Shown here: positions 41,678 to 54,325 of the stretch, piece by piece
Numbering within the stretch: position 1 is the stretch's first letter
Layout: each line of letters starts with the position of its first letter
Assembly: GCA_963422265.1 (NCBI GenBank)
Contig: OY729416.1
Location: 160,001 to 224,000, forward strand
Length of the DNA: 64,000 nucleotides
Reading direction: 5' to 3'
Source: Thermodesulfobacteriota bacterium
GTDB taxonomy: Bacteria > Desulfobacterota_D > UBA1144 > Nemesobacterales > UBA2774
Program-made: the position numbers and the translations under genes
The notes under the pieces: model-generated
What the model saw: the letters and a program-made list of their open reading frames with translations, nothing else
Database searches by the model: none
Told to the model about the DNA's origin: nothing

Positions 41678-41721
41678 GAGGGAATTTGAGGGAATTATTG
41701 AGGGAATTTGAGGGAATTATG
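41678..41721. repeat. Tandem duplication, 2 x 22 bp built of GAGGGAATT units
   Basis: GAGGGAATTTGAGGGAATTAT(T/G) twice, ending just before ATG 41724. Confidence 0.9.
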
Positions 41722-41723
41722 GT

Positions 41724-42020
41724 ATGAATAGCCTAATAATATGGACGCTAGCAGGAGCTTTTATAAACGTTACGGTGCTTACTAGAGTAGCGCAGTATCT
41801 ACTAAGAAAGACCAGCCTTCGGGATAAGAAAAGGGCTATAGTTGTCTTTATTATAGTCGGAATTATTGATTTGTTGGGACTAACCTTGTTTTTTAAGAGC
41901 GTTAGTGTTGGTATTCAATTTATGATTTTCTATTACCTACCTTTTTTGTTGATGTGGTTGTTAAAGGATTTTATGGAGGCATCAAGAAAAAAAGCGCCGC
42001 GGGACGCACGCCCTCAGTAA
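41724..42020 (+). CDS. Small membrane hypothetical protein (about 3 TM)
   Basis: Hydrophobic segments; leads the purC gene run. Confidence 0.6.
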   Translation: MNSLIIWTLAGAFINVTVLTRVAQYLLRKTSLRDKKRAIVVFIIVGIIDLLGLTLFFKSVSVGIQFMIFYYLPFLLMWLLKDFMEASRKKAPRDARPQ

Positions 42021-42048
42021 AAAGGGCTTTGGTAAAGCGAGGCATATT

Positions 42049-42939
42049 GTGCAAGACGTCGTGTTGATGAAGACGGATTTTCAAGAAGCTGAGCTTCTGA
42101 AAAGGGGCAAGGTGAGAGATATATACGTTGAGAGGGATAAACTCCTTATCGTTGCCACTGACCGCATATCGGCTTTTGACGTTATCTTGCCCGAGGGTAT
42201 TCCGGGAAAGGGCAGGGCGCTTAATAGAATCTCAGAATACTGGTTTGCTCAGACCGAAGATATAATACAGAACCATTTAATTTCCACGGACGTGGATGCT
42301 TATCCTGAGGTTTTTCACAAGTATCGTCCCTTGTTAGAGGGAAGGAGTATGCTAGTTAGAAAGACTGCCCCCCTTGCCGTTGAGTGCGTTGTTAGGGGAT
42401 ACGTTGCGGGTTCAGGGTGGAGGGAGTATCAGGAATCCTGCTCTATATGCAGCATTCCGTTGCCCAAAGGGCTTGTCGAATCGGCTAAGCTAGATACCCC
42501 TATATTTACCCCGTCAACCAAAGCTCGAGATGGTGAGCATGACGAGAACATCAGTTTTGATGAGGTTGTGGAATTAATAGGTCAAGGGCTTGCCTGTAAG
42601 GTTAGGGAAGCCAGTATTGCACTTTATCTTAAGGCAAAGGATATAGCGGGACGAAAAGGTATAATTATAGCTGATACGAAATTTGAGTTTGGCATTGACG
42701 TGGAAACCGGAGGGCTTATTCTCATTGACGAAGCTTTAACGCCCGATTCCTCTAGGTTCTGGCCTGCCGATGAATATAGCCCCGGAGGTTCGCAGCCAAG
42801 TTTTGATAAGCAGTTTGTAAGGGATTATCTGATCACCGTTGGTTGGGATAAAAATCCGCCCGCTCCGTCTCTGCCTAAAGGGGTAGTAGAGAAATCTTCG
42901 GAAAAATACGAGGAGATGCTAAAGCACCTATTGGGATAG
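42049..42939 (+). CDS. purC: SAICAR synthase
   Basis: [44 protein letters not shown]. Confidence 0.97.
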   Translation: MQDVVLMKTDFQEAELLKRGKVRDIYVERDKLLIVATDRISAFDVILPEGIPGKGRALNRISEYWFAQTEDIIQNHLISTDVDAYPEVFHKYRPLLEGRSMLVRKTAPLAVECVVRGYVAGSGWREYQESCSICSIPLPKGLVESAKLDTPIFTPSTKARDGEHDENISFDEVVELIGQGLACKVREASIALYLKAKDIAGRKGIIIADTKFEFGIDVETGGLILIDEALTPDSSRFWPADEYSPGGSQPSFDKQFVRDYLITVGWDKNPPAPSLPKGVVEKSSEKYEEMLKHLLG

Positions 42940-42950
42940 TCCTAAGTTAA

Positions 42951-43775
42951 ATGGATACGATAAGCATATTAGGATGTGGTTGGCTAGGGCTCCCCTTAGC
43001 TAAGCGCCTGATTGATAGTGGTTACAAGGTTAAGGGTTCTACCCGTCGTCGTGCCTTGAGTGAGTTTGACTCTTTAGAGGCAGGTGGTATAGAACCTTAT
43101 TGCCTATCCCTAGATCCGGACGTATCAGGTGAAAAGGTGGAGGATTTTTTAGATAGCGATATTCTAATCATTAACTTTCCACCTGAGAGAAGAGAGGATA
43201 TTATAGATTTTCATGTAGCCCAGATAAATTCATTGGTATCAAAACTAAAACTCTCTCCCATTAGTAAAATTATTTTTGTCAGTTCTACCTCCGTTTATCC
43301 AGACGTGAATAGGGAGGTATATGAGCACGAGCGATTGCCTCCCTCTAAAATCTCTGGGCAAGCGCTATTGGAGGTGGAGAATATACTTCAGACCTGCGCT
43401 CGTTTTAAGACTACCGTGATCCGTTTTGGGGGGCTGATAGGATATGATCGTCAGCCGGGGAGGTTCTTATCAGGCAAAAAGGAAATAACAAACGGGGAGG
43501 CATACGTAAATCTTATTCATAGGGACGATGGTATTTCAATTATTCATGCTATAATTGAGCAAAACGTCTGGGGAGAAATTTTTAACGCCTGCGCGGACGG
43601 GCATCCCAGGAGAAGGGATTATTACATTGCTAAAGCTAAAGAGTTGGGACTGCCCCCTCCTTTGTTTAAGGATGACAAAGACGTAAGTTATAAACTCGTT
43701 AATAGTGATAAATTGAAAAGGATTGCGGGATATAAATTCAAGTATCCTAACCCTGCTTGCATTATGGAGAGATGA
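42951..43775 (+). CDS. Atypical SDR / NAD-dependent epimerase (YeeZ-like)
   Basis: ILGCGWLG, SSTSVY, RFGGLIG, VNLIHRDD. Confidence 0.85.
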   Translation: MDTISILGCGWLGLPLAKRLIDSGYKVKGSTRRRALSEFDSLEAGGIEPYCLSLDPDVSGEKVEDFLDSDILIINFPPERREDIIDFHVAQINSLVSKLKLSPISKIIFVSSTSVYPDVNREVYEHERLPPSKISGQALLEVENILQTCARFKTTVIRFGGLIGYDRQPGRFLSGKKEITNGEAYVNLIHRDDGISIIHAIIEQNVWGEIFNACADGHPRRRDYYIAKAKELGLPPPLFKDDKDVSYKLVNSDKLKRIAGYKFKYPNPACIMER

Positions 43776-43826
43776 GTTTATAACGTAGTTTCATACTATT
43801 GATAAGAGGAGGATAACTTATAGGAT

Positions 43827-44891
43827 ATGCAAGAGACGGTAACGAATGATAAGGTCCCTTCAACCCTTCAACGTGGCTCGGTAAACTCACCAACTGTTCA
43901 GGACAAACCTTCAACAAGCTCAGAATACCACGCAGCTTCAGGTCGCCACGTTATAAAAGAGCTTCAGTTTGGGGATGCAGCTTACGTTAGGGAGCTTTAC
44001 GGGCAGCACAATCAAAACTTAAAGGAGGTAGAATCCCTATTTGGAGTAAATATCCATTCGAGGGGAAATAAGCTCTGTTGTGAAGGGGAGGCAAGAGGGG
44101 TTGAATCGACTTGCGTATTCCTAAAGGGAATATATGCGCTTCTTGAAAAAGGCTATTCGCTTAATCCTGGCGATCTCGAGCTTGCGTCCAGAATCTTTGA
44201 CAATGAAGACCTTGGTCTTGAAGATATTTTCCTTGATACGATATGCGTATCTACTAGAAAGAAGATAATCGCTCCCAAGAGTCTGACCCAAAAGCTATAT
44301 ATAGAATCTATACGTAAACACGACGTTGTTTTCGGTGTTGGCCCTGCTGGCACTGGAAAAACCTATTTAGCTATGGCTATGGCTGTATCAGCGTTTTTGA
44401 ATAAGCAAGCCAATAGAATAATACTGACGAGGCCCGCCGTTGAAGCGGGTGAAAAGTTGGGTTTTCTTCCAGGAGACCTCTCGCAGAAGGTTGATCCTTA
44501 TTTGCGTCCTCTTCTTGACGCTTTATATGACATGATGGATTACGACAGGGTGTCCAGATTGGTGGATAAGGGAGCGATTGAAATTGCCCCCTTGGCTTTT
44601 ATGAGGGGTAGGACGCTAAATGATGCCTTTGTAATACTAGACGAAGCTCAAAACACTACTTCGTTACAAATGAAAATGTTTCTAACGAGGCTCGGATTTG
44701 GCTCCAAAGCTGTAATTACCGGGGATACTACTCAGATTGATCTCACTTCCGAGCAAAAATCAGGTCTCCTTGAGGTTGAGTCAATCGTTAATCATATTCG
44801 CGGCATATCATTTGTATATTTCTCAAAGAATGACGTAGTCAGGCATCCTTTGGTAAGAAAAATAATAGAGGCTTACGAGAATGTATCATAG
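43827..44891 (+). CDS. phoH: PhoH family ATPase (YbeZ-like) with N-terminal insertion
   Basis: GPAGTGKT, RPAVEAGEKLGFLPGD, MRGRTL, DEAQN, DVVRHPLV. Confidence 0.93.
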   Translation: MQETVTNDKVPSTLQRGSVNSPTVQDKPSTSSEYHAASGRHVIKELQFGDAAYVRELYGQHNQNLKEVESLFGVNIHSRGNKLCCEGEARGVESTCVFLKGIYALLEKGYSLNPGDLELASRIFDNEDLGLEDIFLDTICVSTRKKIIAPKSLTQKLYIESIRKHDVVFGVGPAGTGKTYLAMAMAVSAFLNKQANRIILTRPAVEAGEKLGFLPGDLSQKVDPYLRPLLDALYDMMDYDRVSRLVDKGAIEIAPLAFMRGRTLNDAFVILDEAQNTTSLQMKMFLTRLGFGSKAVITGDTTQIDLTSEQKSGLLEVESIVNHIRGISFVYFSKNDVVRHPLVRKIIEAYENVS

Positions 44892-44992
44892 CTTCGCGTC
44901 ATAATCGTATTTGGATTTAGGGGTTAATGTAAGACTGTTGGCTTGGGTGTTTTGTATAGGAAAGTTCTTGTGGTCGACCTTTCTCATATTGT

Positions 44993-47597
<2,605 letters not shown>

Positions 47598-47598
<1 letters not shown>

Positions 47599-49184
47599 TA
47601 AAATTTGACCTGTGTGACGGATACTATGTCTGGAAGGTTGGATATCTGCTTCATTACGTCATCGGGCACAGGGGAATCTACGTTTGTAAGAACTATGGCG
47701 CGACCTCCTATAGCCTCCCTGCCAAGGTGCATAAGACCGATATTGACTCCGTTGTCTCCAAGCACGGAGCACATGGCACCTATGAAACCGGGCTTATCAT
47801 AGTTCTCACTCACTAGCAGACAGCCTTTAGGCACAACGTCCACGTAAACGCCGTTCACCTTCATGAATCTTGGTTCTTCTTTTCCATATATAGTTCCCGA
47901 AACCTGATTTTCACCTTCTTCCGTTTTCACGTTGACCGATATTAGGCTGGTAAAGCTTTTAGATTTAGAGGATTTTGATTCTACTACCTTTATCCCTCTT
48001 TCCTCTGCAATGACCGGGGCGTTTACATGGCTTACCACGACGTCCATGATCGGAGCGAGAAAGCCCATAAGGGCAGCGACGGTTATAGGGGAGGTGTCAA
48101 GATTCGAGACTTCGCCGTCATATTCTATGTGTATTTCTTCTACGGCTCCTTTCAGCAGTTGTCCCTGCAAGCTCCCGATCTTCTCGGCGAGGTTAAGATA
48201 GGGTTTCATTACCGTAAGTGAGTCAAGGCTGACCGAGGGCATATTTACTGCGTTTTTTACAACGCCGTTCAAAAGAAAGTCCACTATCTGCTCGGCTATC
48301 GCCAAGCCTACTTTCGTCTGAGCCTCTCCTGTTGACGCGCCTAGATGGGGCGTGAAAACCACGTTATCGCTAAGGGCAAAAAGAGGATTATCCGCTTGGG
48401 GAGGCTCGCTTGTGTAAACGTCAAAGGCGGCTCCAGCGACTTTTCCTGACTTAACCGCGTCCGCTGTATCCTTTTCGTTGACAATTCCGCCTCTCGCGCA
48501 GTTGATTAAAATCAGATTTTTTTTAGTTCTTTCAAAGACGTCCTTATTGATAAGGTCTTTAGTTTCAGGCGTAAAGGGCGTATGTATTGTTATTATATCG
48601 GCTCGCGCCAAGAGATCATCAAACGTTACAAGTTCTACGCCCGATTTCTCTGCGGCCTCCTGGGTCAAAAACGGGTCATAAGCAATTACTTTCATCTTGA
48701 GCCCAATCGCTCTCTCGGCGACCAGCTTTCCTATATTGCCCAACCCAATGCAGCCTAGTATTTTACCGTAAATCTCGATCCCTTTGAATTTGCTTCTTTC
48801 CCATTTGCCCGACATAAAAGACGCGTGAGCTTGAGGAATTCTTCTGGCTAAAGACATCATAAGGCTTATTGCGTGCTCAGCCGTCGTGATAGCGTTTGCT
48901 TCAGGGGTATTCATTACGACGATGCCTTTCTTTGTGGCTGCTTCTACGTCAACGTTGTCAACTCCTATACCAGCTCTTCCGATAACCTTAAGGTTCTTAC
49001 CAGCTTCTATTAATTCCGACGTCATAGTAGTAGCACTTCTTATTATTACCGCGTCATAATCACCGATTATTTCCAGTAGCTCTTCCTTAGAAATTCCCTT
49101 CCTGACGTTGACGTCCAGCCCCGCCGCAGACTCAAAAACACTCAGACCTTCCTTAGCCATACCATCAGTTATTAATACTTTCAT
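47598..49184 (-). CDS. serA: D-3-phosphoglycerate dehydrogenase (with ASB/ACT domains)
   Basis: GRAGIGVDN, GLGNIG, NCARGG, TPHLGAST, DKPGFIG. Confidence 0.96.
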
Positions 49185-49264
49185 TTTGCCTCCAGGAAAG
49201 GTTAAGGGATCATATCTAACAGGCTAACAATATATGTGAGTGATAAACCATTGTCAATATGATG

Positions 49265-49440
49265 TGTGGGGGTACCCTTTCCCTAGGGCGAAGCGCGACC
49301 AAGGAATCTCGCTTTTTCTCCCCATCCCTCGGTTGGTGAGCCTGTAGAACCAGGGAGAGTGCAGGGATAAGGATATTTTCGTCATTCCCGCCCCCGTGCG
49401 ATTTTCTATCCTCTATGATAAAAGCGTTTGGGGACGACAA
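49265..49440. repeat. Degenerate REP-like element cluster
   Basis: GTCATTCCCGCCCCCG at 49381 is identical to 29674-29689; TGTGGGGG.ACCCTT at 49265 resembles 52652. Confidence 0.6.
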
Positions 49441-49506
49441 GCATAGCTGCCTAATCTCTTCCTACTTCCTTGCGAATTGCTTTACTGCCCGAAATTCAAC
49501 CGTATG

Positions 49507-49523
49507 TGCTTAATAACTAAGCA
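49507..49523. promoter_or_regulatory. NtrC-type enhancer palindrome TGCTTA-N5-TAAGCA
   Basis: 17-bp TGC-N11-GCA palindrome with perfect 6-bp arms, about 115 bp upstream of a sigma54 promoter. Confidence 0.65.
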
Positions 49524-49637
49524 TCTTATCTTGTTCACATTAGAGACACGGCTTCCACGTTAATTCTTAGAATAATGCAACAATTTTAAGGCGTAGGAGG
49601 CATGCTCCGCTTCGTAACTCGGTTGGTAATAAGTATC

Positions 49638-49653
49638 TGGCATATCTCTTGCA
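49638..49653 (+). promoter_or_regulatory. Sigma54 (-24/-12) promoter of amtB
   Basis: TGGCAT-ATCTC-TTGCA matches TGGCAC-N5-TTGC(A/T) with exact spacing. Confidence 0.85.
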
Positions 49654-49755
49654 AATAACTTAACAAACAAATCTGTGGGGCAGTCAATAAATTGATATTG
49701 AAAAGGTTTTTGAAGTTCTATCTAAAGAAGGTTTTATCCAAAGGAGGACTAAGTA

Positions 49756-51132
49756 ATGAGAAAGTTTTTGCATAGGTTTAGAGGGAAGGCTACAAACGTC
49801 ACGTTGTTCACCGTTATTAGCTTGTTGGTTCTAGGGTCTTTCTCGGCGTTCGCCCAAGAGGAGACAATTGGACCAACGGCGGCGGATGCGATTTTTACTG
49901 CAAATAACGTCTGGATGCTTGTCGCTACGTTCCTCGTTTTTATTATGCACTTAGGATTTGCGACGCTTGAATCGGGGCTTACAAGGGCGAAAAACACGAC
50001 TAATATTTTGTTTAAGAACGTCTCTATTATATCAATAGGGCTTCTTACCTACGCTTTGGTAGGTTTCAATCTGATGTATCCGGGGGACTTCAACGGATTT
50101 CTTGGCTTCGCCGGGTTTGGCATTTCAGCTCCTGAGGGTGCTGCCGGGTTAATTGCCTATGCAGACGGGGGTTATACTTACTGGACTGATTTTATATTTC
50201 AGGCGATGTTCGCCGCCACCGCTGCTACCATTGTTTCAGGAGCCGTAGCTGAAAGGATAAAATTGAGCAGCTTCTTGGTATTTTCCGCAATCTTTGTTGC
50301 TATTGTATATACCATTGCAGGATCGTGGAAGTGGGGTGGTGGTTGGCTAGATCAAATGGGATTTTACGATTTCGCCGGATCCACTTTGGTGCACAGCGTG
50401 GGTGGCTGGGGCGCTTTGGTAGGTGCGATTATATTGGGTCCACGACTCGGTAAATATACAAAGTCGGGCATGAAGCCTATACCAGGCCATAGTCTTCCAC
50501 TGGCGACCGTCGGCGTATTTATGCTCTGGTTCGGATGGTACGGATTCAATGGAGGCTCCGTTCTCTCCGCTGATCCTGAACTTATTTCGTTAGTGTTCGT
50601 TACTACATCTATGGCGGCGGCCGCGGGGGTCATAGGGGCTATGTTCCTGTCCTGGTTCATATTCAAAAAGCCTGACCTGTCAATGATTCTGAACGGCTCG
50701 CTTGCGGGGCTTGTCGGCATTACTGCGGGGGCGGACGTTATGACCCCGTTCAGCGCGGTAATTATCGGTTTGGTCGCTGGATTTATAGTAGTAGCATCCG
50801 TCTTATTTTTTGATAAGACGCTTAAAATTGACGATCCGGTCGGGGCGATTTCAGTTCATCTAATATGTGGCATATGGGGGACGCTCGCCGTAGGTATTTT
50901 CGCAGCCGATTTTAGTTTCTTAACCCAGTTGATAGGCGTGTTAGCTTACGGTGCGTTTACGGTGATATGCTGCCTCGTTCTTTTCCTCTTAGTCAAGGTC
51001 GCAATGGGGCTAAGGGTTTCTGAAGAGGAAGAATTAGCCGGGCTTGATATAGGGGAGCATGGAATGGAGGCTTATCCAGACTTCCAGCGGGTCGCCGAAG
51101 GTGGTGGATCAAGCGGGTTAGTTACAAAATAA
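49756..51132 (+). CDS. amtB: Ammonium transporter
   Basis: FQAMFA, SGAVAER, DFAGSTLVH, WFGWYGFNGGS, DDPVGAISVH, GLDIGEHG. Confidence 0.96.
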   Translation: MRKFLHRFRGKATNVTLFTVISLLVLGSFSAFAQEETIGPTAADAIFTANNVWMLVATFLVFIMHLGFATLESGLTRAKNTTNILFKNVSIISIGLLTYALVGFNLMYPGDFNGFLGFAGFGISAPEGAAGLIAYADGGYTYWTDFIFQAMFAATAATIVSGAVAERIKLSSFLVFSAIFVAIVYTIAGSWKWGGGWLDQMGFYDFAGSTLVHSVGGWGALVGAIILGPRLGKYTKSGMKPIPGHSLPLATVGVFMLWFGWYGFNGGSVLSADPELISLVFVTTSMAAAAGVIGAMFLSWFIFKKPDLSMILNGSLAGLVGITAGADVMTPFSAVIIGLVAGFIVVASVLFFDKTLKIDDPVGAISVHLICGIWGTLAVGIFAADFSFLTQLIGVLAYGAFTVICCLVLFLLVKVAMGLRVSEEEELAGLDIGEHGMEAYPDFQRVAEGGGSSGLVTK

Positions 51133-51229
51133 ATTAATCTTGGACTCAATTGGGTCGCTCCTTGAGATAAAGGAGCTTGGGGAGCGGCTCAAAATTTCAT
51201 ATAAAACAGTCAAAGGAGGATTAGCCAGA

Positions 51230-52408
51230 ATGAGAAGATTAACAGTTTTAGCAGTAATGACTTTAAGTTTAGTATTAGCGCCGCTTTTAACTCTTTCATC
51301 CGCAAAAGCGGAGCCCTCGGAATTGCTCGACGCCATAGATCTCGGTTTTTACGTGGATACTACGTATCAGTATTCTTCAGCGGATACTGACGAGTTGGGT
51401 TTCAGAACTCTGTATCCAGATAACAAGGAATTTAATATAAATGCGTTTACGCTCTCGTTGTCAAAAACTCCGACGATGGAAGGCGGTGCGATGGATTTAT
51501 TGGGTTTCAGGGCTGACGTGCTTTTCGGAGAGCAAGCTCCGCTGCTTTCTTCTGCTGGGCTTGAGAGTGACGTTGTGGATCCCTATCAGGCGTATCTTCA
51601 ATTCATGGTGCCAACTGGAGATGGTCTCAATATTTACGCAGGTAAGTTTGTAACCCTAGCTGGCTTTGAAGTGATAGAGGCTAAGAACAATCCAAACATT
51701 AGCAGATCAATACTGTTCGGTTATGCGATACCGTTTACGCATACGGGTATCAGGGCGGATTTTACAACGGGACCCCTTACTTTTACCGCAGGTGTTAACA
51801 ACGGTTGGGATCAGGTTAAGGATGACAACGATAACGTTACATTCGAAGGTCAGGTAGCGTTTAGCCATTCCGGTGGTTCTATAAGTGATCTATGGGTTGG
51901 AGTTACTGGGTATCTTGGGAAAGAGCCAGGGATAACTCTCGCTGAAAAGGCAACCAACGGGTCCAGAAAGCTTATAACGGCTGTGGGCTCCCTAACGTTG
52001 ATGGACCGGATAACTTTCATTGTGGATGCTGATTTTGGATGGCAGGAAGAGGGTGTTCTTAAGAGCAATAAACCAGTTGAAGCCTCATGGTGGGGCGTTG
52101 CCGGTTACGCCGTATTAGACGTTACACCCTCACTCACCCTGGCTATGAGGGGTGAATATTTTGAAGACAAAGACGGTTTCAGAACTAATGAAGGTAATGG
52201 CACTCAGGAGCTAAAGGAATTCGCAACCACTTTATCCGTTAAGCCGTTTGCCAGCATAGGTGGAGACGAGGCTCTTGACAACCTTGAGCTAAGAACCGAG
52301 CTTAGGTGGGACAGCTCTAATATAAAATCCTTCGTAGATGAAGATGGTAAGGCTACAAAGGATCAATTTGGCATCATGGGGCAGTTGCTCTATTGGATTG
52401 AGATATAA
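51230..52408 (+). CDS. Outer-membrane beta-barrel porin (DUF1597/BBP2-like)
   Basis: AGGAGG SD before ATG 51230 (ORF track 51140); signal peptide; GKFVTLAGFEVIE..NPN.SRS.LF.YAIPFTHTG; terminal aromatic strand. Confidence 0.8.
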   Translation: MRRLTVLAVMTLSLVLAPLLTLSSAKAEPSELLDAIDLGFYVDTTYQYSSADTDELGFRTLYPDNKEFNINAFTLSLSKTPTMEGGAMDLLGFRADVLFGEQAPLLSSAGLESDVVDPYQAYLQFMVPTGDGLNIYAGKFVTLAGFEVIEAKNNPNISRSILFGYAIPFTHTGIRADFTTGPLTFTAGVNNGWDQVKDDNDNVTFEGQVAFSHSGGSISDLWVGVTGYLGKEPGITLAEKATNGSRKLITAVGSLTLMDRITFIVDADFGWQEEGVLKSNKPVEASWWGVAGYAVLDVTPSLTLAMRGEYFEDKDGFRTNEGNGTQELKEFATTLSVKPFASIGGDEALDNLELRTELRWDSSNIKSFVDEDGKATKDQFGIMGQLLYWIEI

Positions 52409-52490
52409 AAAACGGTGTTTGTTAAAGATTAGAAGATAGAATTAGCAGCTAGAATTCTCCATCTCTCTATTATCTCCTTTGTGTGAACGG

Positions 52491-52534
52491 AGGGAGATCG
52501 GCAATTAACAACGTGTCGATCTCCCTTTGCTTTT
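52491..52534 (+). terminator. Rho-independent terminator after amtB-porin
   Basis: Stem AGGGAGATCGGCA / TGTCGATCTCCCT followed by a T-rich tail. Confidence 0.75.
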
Positions 52535-52598
52535 ATTAAGTAATCAGATGACAGTGCTAGTTGTGCTTTGCCATTAGGTGATCCCAGGAGTTAGAAAA

Positions 52599-52900
52599 GG
52601 ATATTCCCCTCCTTTTGTAAAGGAGGGTTAGGATGGATTTTCTTGTTTATCTGTGGGGGCGACCCTTGTGGTCGCCCTAAGGTAAATGCAAGGGTAACCC
52701 CTACAATATAATAAGGGGAATGTGCGGCGGTCGTCATTCCTGCGCAAGCAGGAATCTAGTAAGGGGATGGGAGGGAAAGCCTGAACTATTCTCTGCTTAA
52801 TACTACTTGCTTATAAATTTTCAGTTAGGTAAAGTTACCCCTGAATATCATTACCGTGCAAGCATGTCCCGTGGAGCTTGTGCTCAACTTGATTGGGAAG
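52599..52900. repeat. Mosaic of REP-like palindromic elements
   Basis: CCCTCCTTT..AAAGGAGGG (52606), GGGCGACC..GGTCGCCC (52657-52677), CGTCATTCCTGCGCAAGCAGGAATCTAGTAAGG (52732), the last matching 29750-29782 on the opposite strand. Confidence 0.8.
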
Positions 52901-52959
52901 GGAACTGGATGGTAATCGAGTTCTTAGAGTAGAGATAACCCTTGTGATTGCCCTTTTAT

Positions 52960-53032
<73 letters not shown>

Positions 53033-53138
53033 TTTCTACAGTTAAAAAAACTTGCTACTACTAACCTTAATAATATAAACTAACAAGTATAAGTGAATTG
53101 ATATAGTGGCAAGATTTACATAGTTTGCGGAGGTAAGG

Positions 53139-53555
53139 ATGAAATTTGGAGATTATCTGAAAAGCAAGAGGAAACAGAAGAATATAACCCAGGAGGAACT
53201 GGCTCATTCTCTTGAAGTTTCCAGCGTGTTCATACATCAGCTCGAGACCGGCAAAGTTGACGCTCCGTCTCTTGGGCGGTGTGGGCAAATTTCAATGATA
53301 TTAGGCGTTGATATTAGCGAGCTATGGAGCGTTGCCAGAAGAGAGCGTCTTGAAAGGTTTATGCAAAGAGAGGAAATTCCGCAGGATGTCTTTGAGATTT
53401 TGACGGACGGCGAAAAAGCACTTGTAAATCTTTATAGAAGCCTGGATAGTCCGATGAGGAAGGATTTTGAGGGAATGATCTTTATGTTGCTAAGACACGT
53501 GAATAGTAAAGGGGTTCGGGAGATACTAGAAGAGTTTATGAGAAAATGCGCTTGA
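53139..53555 (+). CDS. XRE-family HTH transcriptional regulator
   Basis: FGDYLKSKR..ITQEELA..L.VS..FI.QLE.G; GGAGGT SD. Confidence 0.88.
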   Translation: MKFGDYLKSKRKQKNITQEELAHSLEVSSVFIHQLETGKVDAPSLGRCGQISMILGVDISELWSVARRERLERFMQREEIPQDVFEILTDGEKALVNLYRSLDSPMRKDFEGMIFMLLRHVNSKGVREILEEFMRKCA

Positions 53556-54325
53556 CAAACAGGTTGTCGACAATTCTTAAGACAATAGGCATAGAGATTT
53601 GTATTCTTGCTCTTATAGGGCTTGTGTTCCTATTTCAGTTTGATAAGGCTAAGAACGAGTTCGTATCTAAGACAAGGGCGATCTCCGAGACAATAGGGGA
53701 TTTGGCGAGTGATTTTTACTCCGAAGAGGGGCATGTGCCAGCTAGCGGTGGGTTCTACCATTTTCTGGATAAGAGGCTTGGGAGAAAAAAACTGTTTAAC
53801 ACGTTTGAGATAGCGCCTAAATTCTTTAGCGTTGTTTTCAGAGATGACTTTATGGGAAAGTCGGAGTCTAATAACAATTTATTCTTAAGTGAATTTTACC
53901 CTGAGGGTGGTTTTTCTGTGAGAGATACAGATGGGGTAATTTCAGTATCCGTGCCTTTCTCAACGCGAATGGAGACGGAACCATTTGGAATTGTGAAGAT
54001 TGATTCTGATACCAAGTCTATCTTGAAAAGGGTTTTTGCGGACAATTATTTGTTATACTTAGCAATGCTTATTGTGCTTAACAATCAGGCGTTCATTCTT
54101 TATCTCCTGATGAAAAGGAAGAAGGAGGTTGTGTTTGATAAGGGGTATTTAAGAGAGCACTCTATAGGGGCTCTTAAAATCATGCACAAGGTGCTTGGCG
54201 ATATAATTCAGGATCATAAAACTGACGTTGAGTATGTTGAACATAAAGAAAATGCAGGAAAAATTCACGGATCTAGTAAAAACGTGATTTCCATATCTGA
54301 TTTGGCGGAGAATAGGAAGAAATGA
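53546..54325 (+). CDS. Hypothetical two-TM membrane protein with periplasmic sensor-like domain
   Basis: TM1 about aa 12-31, TM2 about aa 168-189, short cytoplasmic tail; overlaps the XRE gene. Confidence 0.7.
   Translation: MRLTNRLSTILKTIGIEICILALIGLVFLFQFDKAKNEFVSKTRAISETIGDLASDFYSEEGHVPASGGFYHFLDKRLGRKKLFNTFEIAPKFFSVVFRDDFMGKSESNNNLFLSEFYPEGGFSVRDTDGVISVSVPFSTRMETEPFGIVKIDSDTKSILKRVFADNYLLYLAMLIVLNNQAFILYLLMKRKKEVVFDKGYLREHSIGALKIMHKVLGDIIQDHKTDVEYVEHKENAGKIHGSSKNVISISDLAENRKK

Noticed and set aside
49216-49440. 74-aa minus-strand ORF upstream of serA
   Set aside because: Lies in a REP-like cluster; no protein-like features
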